Positions 10,496-19,146 of a DNA stretch of 25,810 nt are shown here, in pieces. Where the stretch lies: assembly GCA_013416795.1 (NCBI GenBank), contig RQSC01000014.1, positions 372,962 to 398,771 on the forward strand. Direction: 5' to 3'. This DNA comes from Prasinococcaceae sp. CCMP 1430. Lineage: Eukaryota; Plantae; Prasinodermophyta. Made by a program: the position numbers and the translations under genes. Each line of letters opens with the position of its first letter. Position 1 is the stretch's first letter. The notes under the pieces were generated by a model. That model was not told where the DNA came from. It searched no databases and was given only the letters and a program-made list of their open reading frames with translations.

Positions 10496-10636
10496 CCGGC
10501 GCCGGCGCCGAGGAGCGCCAAGCGCACGCACTTGCACCAGCGGGAGCGCAGGCAGGCCGCCGACGTGTCGCGCTCGCCACCCCAGCGCGTGCGGGGAGGG
10601 CACGCGCCGGCGGCCGAGACGCTCGTGGGCGGCGAG

Positions 10637-13600
10637 ATGTCCGCGGCCGCCGTGTCCGCCGTGCAGTCGATCGAGTACCACCACGCGTGCACGCTGGGCC
10701 GCCTGCCCCAGCAGCTCGACGCCGCGTCGGTGTACGCCGCGACTGCGCTCTCCGTGCGCGACGCGCTCGCGAGGCGCATGCTGGCCACCGAGCGTCGCGT
10801 CCGCGCGCAGCGGCCAAAGCGCCTGTGCTACTTGAGCGCCGAGTACCTGCCCGGGCGCGCGCTGCGCAACGCCGCGCAGTGCATGCGCCTCGAGGACGGC
10901 TACGCGCGCGCGGTGGCCGCCTTCGGGCTGAGCCTCGAGGAGGTGTGTGAGGAGGAGCGCGACCCGAGGCTGGGCACGGGCGGCCTCGGGCGCCTCGCGA
11001 GCTGCTTTCTGGACGCCCTGGCGACGCACGACTACCCGGCCGTGGGCTACGGCCTGCGCTACGCGTACGGTCAGTTCCGCCAGGCATTCACGGCGAGCGG
11101 CGAGCAGTGCGAGGCGGCCGACTGCTGGCTCGAGGGGCCGGGGCCCGCCGTCGTGCGCGTCGATGCGGCCGCGAATGGCGCCGCCAACGGCTCGGCCGAC
11201 GGCGCCGAAAGCGGCGCCGTCGGGGCCGCGAAAGGAAGCGGAGCGGGTGCCGCGAGCGCCGTCGAGGGTACGCACGGCAAGCACGGTGAGGGGGGCGAAC
11301 ACGCCGTGGTGCGGCGGCCGCCCCACCGCCCAGACCGCGCCGCTCGCGGGCCCGACAGGCCTCCCGCGCCGCGGATCGCTGGGGGTCGTGGGCAGCCGCG
11401 GCAGCGGCAGCGATGAGCACGTCCACCCCCGGCCCGCGCCGCTGCACCCGTGGGAATTCCGCCGCGACGACGTGGCGTACGTCGTGCGCTTCGGCGGCGA
11501 GGCGCGGCCGCGCGCGGACGGGAGCGGGGGCTACGAGTGGGTGGGCGGCGAGCGCGTGCTCGCGCGCGCGCACGACACGGTGGTGCCGGGCTACGCCACC
11601 ACCACCACGTCGCTCATGCGGCTCTGGTCCGCGGAGCCCGTGCGCGAGCTGGACTTTGCCGCATTCAGCGTCGGGGACTTCGAGGCGGCGATGGGCGACG
11701 CGCTGCGCGCGCGCTCGCTGACGGCGGTCGTGTACCCGGACGACTCGACGGACAGGGGGCGGAGGTTGCGCCTTCGCCAGCAGTACTTCTTCGTCAGCGC
11801 GTCGCTGCAGGACGCCGTCGGACGCTTCAAGGAGGAGGAGGAGGAGGCGCGGGGCGGCGCGGTGGGGCGGCGCGCGGGTTTGGACGGCGGTGCCGGCGCG
11901 CGCGGCGGCAGGGGCGGCGCCACGAGGGCGCGCGCCGCCGCCGAGGCGCTCTTCGCCGCCTTCCCCCAGCGCGTGGCCGTGCAGCTGAACGACACGCACC
12001 CGACCATCGCCATCCCCGAGCTGCTGCGCATCCTGCTGGACGAGGAGGGGCTCGGCTGGGACGCCGCGTGGGCGACGGTGTGCCGCACCTTCGGCTTCAC
12101 CAACCACACGGTGCTGCCCGAGGCGCTCGAGCGCTGGGCGGTGCCCACGCTGCAGGCGCTGCTCCCGCGGCACATGCAGCTCATCTACGAGATCAACCAC
12201 CGCTTCCTGGAGCTCGTGGCGGCCGTGTACCCCGGCGACACGGACAAGCTGTCGCGCATGTCCATCATCGAGGAGAGCGAGCCCAAGGCGGTGCGCATGG
12301 CCGTGCTCGCGCTGGTGGGCTCGCACACGGTCAACGGGGTGGCCAAGGTGCACTCCAACCTGGTGCGCTCCCGGCTCTTCCCGGACTTCGCCGAGCTGTG
12401 GCCGGAGCAGTTCACCAACGTCACCAACGGCATCACGCCGCGCCGGTGGCTGCTGGGGGCCAACCCCGAGCTGTCCGCCGTCATCACGCGGTGGCTCGGC
12501 ACGGACGCGTGGACCAAGGACCTGCGGCTCCTGAGGCGGCTGGAGGAGCACGCCTCCGACCCCGACCTGCACCAGCTGTGGGCGCGCGCCAAGCGGCGGG
12601 CCAAGGGGCGGCTCTGCGCCACCATCGGCAGGATCACCGAAGGGCGCCTGCAGGTGGAGGACGACTGCCTGTTCGACGTGCAGTGCAAGCGCATCCACGA
12701 GTACAAGCGCCAGCTGCTCAACGTGCTGGGCATCGCGCACCGCTGGCTCGCCATCCGCGCGTGCTCGCCCGCGGAGCGCTCCGCGCTCGTGCCGCGCGTG
12801 TGCGTGCTGGCGGGCAAGGCCGCGCGCGGCTACAGGCGGGCCAAGGACGTGCTGGCGCTCGCCAACGCCGTGGCCAACGTGGTGAACAACGACCCCGCCG
12901 TGCGGGGCCTGCTGACGGTGGCGGTGCTGCCGGACTACGGCGTGTCGCTCGCCGAGGCCATCGTCCCCGCCTCGGACATCAGCCAGCACATCTCGACGGC
13001 GGGCACGGAGGCGAGCGGCACGAGCAACATGAAGTTCGCGCTGAACGGGGGCCTGCTGCTGGGCACGCGGGACGGGGCGAACGTCGAGATCGCCGAGGCC
13101 GTGGGGGCCGATCAGATCTTCCTGTTCGGGCCGAAGGTGCGTTTCTTTTTTTTTTTTGGTGTGTGTGTGTGTGTGGAGGGGAGCGAGTTGCGCCGCGTGC
13201 CGCGTTTTCTGCGCGATGTCGCTGCCTCTGACACCGCCATGGCGACGCGCGCGCGTGCTCGCTCGCTCGCCCTGGCTCTCGCAACGACTTGCGCGACGAC
13301 TTGCGCAACGACTTGCAGGTGGGCGAGGTGGACGCCGCGCGCTCGGCGACCAAGGCGCGCAGCTCGGACGAGCGGCTGGACGCCGTCCTCCACCTGCTGC
13401 GCAGCGGGGCGTTCGGCAGGTACGAGCGCTTCAAGGCCCTCGTGGAGAGCTTCGAGGGCGCCAAGGACTACTACTTGGTGGGCCACGACTTCGGGGCGTA
13501 CCTGGACGCGATGCGCGCGGCCGACGTGCTGTACGCCAATCCGCGCGAGTGGACGCGGCGCTCGATCCTGTGCACGGCGCGCATGGGGCGGTTCTCGGCG

Positions 13601-13669
13601 GACAGGAGCGTCGAGAAGTACGTGCGGGAGATATGGGGGCTCGGCAAGCTCGCGCGCAATGGGGAGTGA
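10637..13669 (+). CDS. PHO: Alpha-1,4-glucan (starch/glycogen) phosphorylase, GT35; exons 10637..11285 (or ..11267), 11359..13136, 13319..13669; frame open back to the N at 10495
   Basis: YLSAEYLPGR, LGTGGLGRLASCFLD, RLRQQYFFVSASLQD, QLNDTHP, TNHTVLPEALE, TNGITPRRW, KRIHEYKRQLLN, PLP-lysine motif EASGTSNMKFALNG, RFSADRSVEKY. The frame change is explained by a phase-1 intron ending CCCGACAG|GC (11358). Phase-0 intron 13137-13318. Confidence 0.95.
13146..13174 (+). repeat. T12 + (GT)n microsatellite in phosphorylase last intron
   Basis: Seen directly. Confidence 0.8.
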
Positions 13670-13845
13670 ACGAACGTACAGCGACGGGGGCGGAGGACGC
13701 GCTGTGTCGCAGATGGCCCTCCAGAGGCGACGCTCGCGGCGGAGGCGCGCTCGGAGGCGCGCGTCAAGCCAGGCCGGGGGCGGCCTGTCTCTCCTGTTCG
13801 GTGTTGCGAGCGGAGGGAGCGGGTGGGGCGGGAGAGGGGGGGAGG

Positions 13846-16800
13846 AATGGGGACGCTGTGGTACACCTCGCTGTTCGCGTTCTGACGGACGTACGAAAAC
13901 ACTCAAAGCACTTTAACGATTTGTCGTATGCGGCCGCCCCTGCCGCGGGCACTGCGCGTGCGTGTCTCTGCGCGTCGCGCACGCGTAAGAGGGGTGCAAC
14001 TGGCGCACTACTGAGCTATCCGATTTATTTCAGGGTTCAGGGCTCGGGGCCGCGGTGTCGCCAGCAGCCCCCTCATCGACTTTTCCTTCATCCTCCTCGC
14101 CCTCGCCTGCCTTTTGGCTCGCGCTCCTCGCCACGCGCGCGCTCCTGAGCTTGGACAGCTTGGCGCGCGCCGCGCGCCGCACCGCCGCGCCGTGCGTGAG
14201 CACCGCCGACAGCACGGGCATCGCGAACACTATGCCCGAGGTGATAACCAACAGGGCGCCGATCACCAGCCGGTCGTTCGTGCCGCCGACGGTCTCTACC
14301 TTGACCAGCAGGCCGGCGAAGAGGATGAGCGCGATCTCGACGAGCGCCGCCTGTGCGGAGCGGTCCACCGCGGCGTCCGCGAACGGGCTGAGCGCCAGGT
14401 TGGCCACGAGAAAGAAGCAGGCGACGAGAAGCCCGACGGCAATCTGGCCGCTCCCGCCGGCGTCGACGAAGACCAGCGCGCCGGTCAGCACCAGCTTGCG
14501 CAGCAGCTCCACCAGCTCCCAATACCAGCACTCGGTGTGGTAGGAGGCGAAGAGCTGGCCGCAGTGGCGAATCGCGAGCGCCTCGTCCGAGTCGAGCGGC
14601 CCCGTGGTGCCGTCGGCGGGGCGGTCCTCCTCCGAGCCGCCAACTGGCCCGTCGGCCGACTCGGCCGCAGCGCCCCTCGCGCTGGCGCTCGACTTGGCGC
14701 CGAAGCAGAGCTCGCCGACCGGAGCGTGCGCAGCCGCCCACGCGACCAGCGCCTCGCGCGCCGTGCCGTCGTCGTCGGCGAAGGAGGCCGCTCGCGATGC
14801 CTTCCCCGACCGTGGCGACGTGGGGCCGTCCTCGCCCAGCTCGGCGGTCTTGGACTGCGGCGACGCGGGGGTGTCGCCGCCGGGTTGCTCGGCATCCTTC
14901 GACGCGTCGCCGGCGAGCGTTTGCGCGAGCTTCGTCCCGACGCGCACCTCGCCCTCGAAGAGCTGCTCGAGGGTGGCGCGCTCGCGCAGCAGGCGGCGCA
15001 TCTCCATGCCGAGCACGGCGTCCACCTCATCGGCGTCCTCGTTGAGCGCGATGCCCACCAGGAGGGCGTTGCGCGCCACGGCGCGGCTGTGGTGCCGGGC
15101 GGCGATGGCGCGCACGCCGTGGTGAAGCATGATCAGCCAGAAGAAGAGCGGGATGCCCACGACGTAGAGCGCAATGCCGATGGACGCAATCACCCGCGCT
15201 TCGTCGTGCGCGGCGGTGTCGCATCGCAGGCGCAGGTCGCTCGAGAGCCAGCGCACGCCGTCCACCTCGCGGCAGTGAAACGTCCTCAGCAGCGTGGCCG
15301 ACAGAATGGGGTAGACCAAGAAGAGGGCGAACAGCGAGTTGCGCCACACGTTGGCGCGGAAGCGCGCCAGGCGAGGGCGGCGGGCCTCGTCGCCCCTGGC
15401 GTAGAGGCGACCAACCACGAACAGCAGGAGCGTCACGACGCCAAAGGCCGCCGGAGCGCAACACCACAGCCGCAGCTTGTCGAAGAAGTTCCACCTTTCC
15501 AGAGAGCAGCGTACGCTGGGCAGCGCCAGCACGTCCAGGTTGATCACCTTGAGCGCCTTTACCATGTCAAGGAACGACCTCGGCCAGCGAATGTCAAAGG
15601 TGACATCCACCGTCGCGACGACCTGCACGAAGGCGATCAGCACGCGCGCGTGCGCCGCGAAGCTGCTGCGCTCGAGGCGACTCTCGACAGACTCTGCGGT
15701 CTCCGCGACGCCCTTGGCGACGGCTTCGGACGCCTTGCGACTCAGCGTCCGACCCAGCTGCGTCGTTTTTGTCAACAACAGAAACCGCTTACGACGTCTC
15801 GTTGATCGCTACGGAAAGTTGGCACGCTCTTGTGAGAACTACGCAAAGTCCTGCGGCGGGTGGTCCCGTAGCTCCGCGCCGAGGAATGGCAGCCAGTAGA
15901 GCAGCACCACGACGAGCGCGAGCGCGAGCGCTCCAGCCATCGCGCCGACCCACACGCTTCCACTCGCCTGGCACGACGAGCAGCCATCGCCCTCCGAGTA
16001 GCCATACCCCCCGAGCGTGTGGCGCGTGTCGTACGGCAGCATCGGCATCAGCGTCGCGGTGCTGCAGTCGGTCGCGTCCTCGAGGCCGGCCTCCAGCAGC
16101 GCGCGGCGGCTCCCACTAGCGCGAGCTCCATCCCCTCCACCTCCGTGCCCGCGCGGCGCGTGCTCGGGGAGGCACGCGGTGGGAAAGGGGCACGAGTAGA
16201 ACACGGGCGAGCAGTACAAAAGCGCGGTCATCGGGCGGTACGGCGAGCCGCGCGGCGGGCTCGACGTTAACCGCGGGCAGCCTGTGCTGCTCGTTCTGTG
16301 GTCGCCTCCTCCCGCGGTCCGTTCGGGATAGCTGCCGGGCAGGCACGCGCAATCGTCGACCGACGTGCTCCCCACCGCTCTCGTGGTTGCGCCGACGGGG
16401 CACGATGTGCAGCTGGTTGCGGCGGCGCCATCGGAGAACTTGCCCTGCTCGCACACGGCGCTAATGGGGACGCTGTGGTACACCTCGCTGTTCGCGTTCT
16501 GACGGACGTACGAAAACGAAAACACTCAAAGCACTTTAACGATTTTTCGTATGCAGCCGCCGCTGCCACGGGCGCTGCGCGTGCGCGTCTCTGCGCGTCG
16601 CGCACACGTAAAAGGGGTGCAACTGGCGCACTGCTGAGCTATCCGATTTCAAAGTCCCAAGTCCCGAGCCCCGGCGCCACAGCGGTCGTCGGGGGAGTAG
16701 CTGAATTCCTTCATCCTCCTCGCCCTCGCCTGCCTTTTGGCTCGCGCTCCTCGCCACGCGCGCGCTCCTGAGCTTGGACAGCTTGGCGCGCGCCGCGCGC

Positions 16801-19146
16801 CGCGCCGCCGCGCCGTGCTCGAGCACCGCCGACAGCACGGGAATTGGCTTGTGGTACGGGCTCCACTGGTGGTCGTCCCGCGGCTAGTGGGCGGCCAGCA
16901 AGCACGGCGGCTGCCAGAGTACCTTGACCAGCAGGCCGGCGAAGAGGATGAGCGCGATCTCGACGAGCGCCGTTCTACCTTGACCAGCAGGCCGGCGAAG
17001 AGGATGAGCGCGATCTCGACGAGCGCCGTCTGTGCGGAGAAGTCAACCGCATTGTCCGCGTGTGGGCTGAATGCAACGTTAGCCACGAGGAAGACGCAGG
17101 CGACGAGAAGCCCGACGGCGACCTGGCCGCTCCCGCCGGCGTCGACGAAGACCAGCGCGCCGGTGAGCACAAACTTGCGAATCATCTCCACCAGCTCCCA
17201 GTACCAGCATCGGGTGTGGTAGGAGGCGAAGAGCTGGCCGCAGTGGCGAATCGCAAGCGCCTCGTCCGCATCGAGCGGACCCGCGGTGCCGTCGGCGAGG
17301 ATGTCCTCCTCCGCGCGGCCAGCCGGCCCTACGGCCGATCCGGCCACACCGCCCCTTGCGCTGGCGCTCGAGTTGGCGCCGAAGCAGAGCTCGCCGATCG
17401 GGGCGTGCGCAGCCGCCCACGCGACGAGCGCCTCGTGCGCCGCGCCGTCGTCGTCGGCGAAGGAGGCTGCTCGCGATGCCTTCCCCGACCCTGGCGACGC
17501 TGGGCCGTCCTCGCCCTGCTCGGCGGCCTTGGACTCCGGCGACGCAGAGGTGTCACCGCCGGGCCGCTGGGCATTCTTCGTCTCGTCGCCGACGAGCGTT
17601 TGCGCGAGCCTCGTCCCGACGCGCACCTCGCCCTCGAACAGCTGCTCGAGGGTGGCGCGCTCGCGCAGCAGGCGGCGCATCTCCATGCCGAGCACGGCGT
17701 CCACCTCGTCTGCGTCCTCGTTGAGCGCGATGCCTACCAGAAGGGCGTTGCGCGCCACGGCGCGGCTGTGGTGCCGGGCGGCGATGGCGCGCACGCCGTG
17801 GTGAAGCATGATCAGCCAGAAGAAGAGCGGGATGCCCACGACGTAGAGCGCAATGCCGATGGACGCAATCACCCGCGCTTCGTCGTGCGCGGCGGTGTCG
17901 CATCGCAGGCGCAGGTCGCTCGAGAGCCAGCGCACGCCGTCCACCTCGCGGCAGTGAAACGTCCTCAGCAGCGTGGCCGACAGAATGGGGTAGACCAAGA
18001 AGAGGGCGAACAGCGAGTTGCGCCACACGTTGGCGCGGAAGCGCGCCAGGCGAGGGCGGCGGGCCTCGTCGCCCCTGGCGTAGAGGCGACCAACCACGAA
18101 CAGCAGGAGCGTCGCGACGCCGTTCCGGCGGCCTCGCGTTGTGGTGTCGGCGTCGAACAGCTTCTTCAAGGTGGAAACCAGAGAGCAGCGTACGCTGGGC
18201 AGCGCCAGCACGTCCAGGTTGATCACCTTGAGCGCCTTTACCATGTCAAGGAACGACCTCGGCCAGCGAATGTCAAAGGTGACATCCACCGTCGCGACGA
18301 CCTGCACGAAGGCGATCAGCACTGTCAAAGGTCACATCCACCGTTGCGACGACCTGCACGAAGGCGATCAGCACGCGCGCGTGCGCCGCGGCGCTGCTGC
18401 GCTCGAGGCGACGCTCGACAGACTCAGCAGTCGCCGCGACGGCCTCGGAGGCCTTGCGGCCCTGCTGCGCCTTCTTTGTGTGGTCGACTTTGGTGCACGC
18501 AACAAAGCGCTTCGCGACGCGTTCCAGAACGCCGCCCACCCGGGCGTCGAGGCTCGGCAGGAATGGCAGCCAGTAGAGCAGCACCACGACGAGCGCGAGC
18601 GCGAGAAATGCAGCCACCGCGCCGACCCACACGCTTCCACTCGCCTGGCACGACGTGCAGCCATCGCCCTCCGAGTAGCCATACCCAGGCTCGCACACCG
18701 CGCACAGCATGCCGTCGTAGCCGTAGTCGCAGCGCCACGACGAGTCGGCCGCGTCCTCAAGGCCGGCCTCCAACAGCGCGCGGCGGCTCCCACTCGAGCT
18801 TGGAGCGCGAGCGCCATCCCCGCCACCCCCGTGCCCGCGCGGCGCGTGCTCGGGGAGGCACGCGGTGGGAAAGGGGCACGAATAGAACACGGGCGCGCTC
18901 ATGTTTTCGCGCCAGTAGCCCGCCATGCCGCTCGGTGCCCCGCCCGAGCTGCAGTTGCCGCCCGTCGGGCACGACGAGCAAGACACCTCGTCTTCTCCCG
19001 CGGTCCGTTCGGGATAGCTGCCGGGCAAGCACTGGCAATTGTCGACCGACGTGCTCCCCACCGTTCTCGTGGTTGCGCCGACGGGGCACGACGTGCAGCT
19101 GGTTGCGGCGGCGCCATCGGAGAACTTGCCCTGCTCGCACACGGCG
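13846..19146. repeat. Head-to-tail tandem segmental duplication, unit A 13846..16460, unit B 16463..19146 (3' half of receptor gene plus 3' flank)
   Basis: Both units start AATGGGGACGCTGTGGTACACC and end GCTCGCACACGGCG. They are colinear with alternating identical and diverged blocks, roughly 90% identical by eye. Confidence 0.92.
14030..16460 (-). CDS. Receptor copy A: last Cys-rich repeats plus ~9-TM membrane domain, 5'-truncated
   Basis: Intact 582-codon ORF 14030..15778 (VLIAFVQV, FLVYPILS...FHC, YWELVELLRKLVLTG). Upstream 15779-16460 is colinear with copy B and becomes one open frame with the ORF once three in-place complemented segments are complemented back. Confidence 0.75.

Noticed and set aside
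11260-11420. Programmed or pseudogenising frameshift in the phosphorylase
   Set aside because: A phase-1 GT-AG intron (11286 or 11268 to 11358) joins the two frames cleanly.
2692-13318. Introner-type repeated introns
   Set aside because: Beyond the donor and acceptor ends, the introns share no visible sequence similarity or terminal inverted repeats.
15782-18177. Micro-inversions or foreign insertions as the explanation for the scrambled peptides in both receptor copies
   Set aside because: The segments match the paralog as unreversed complements with colinear order and length preserved. Reverse complements do not match.
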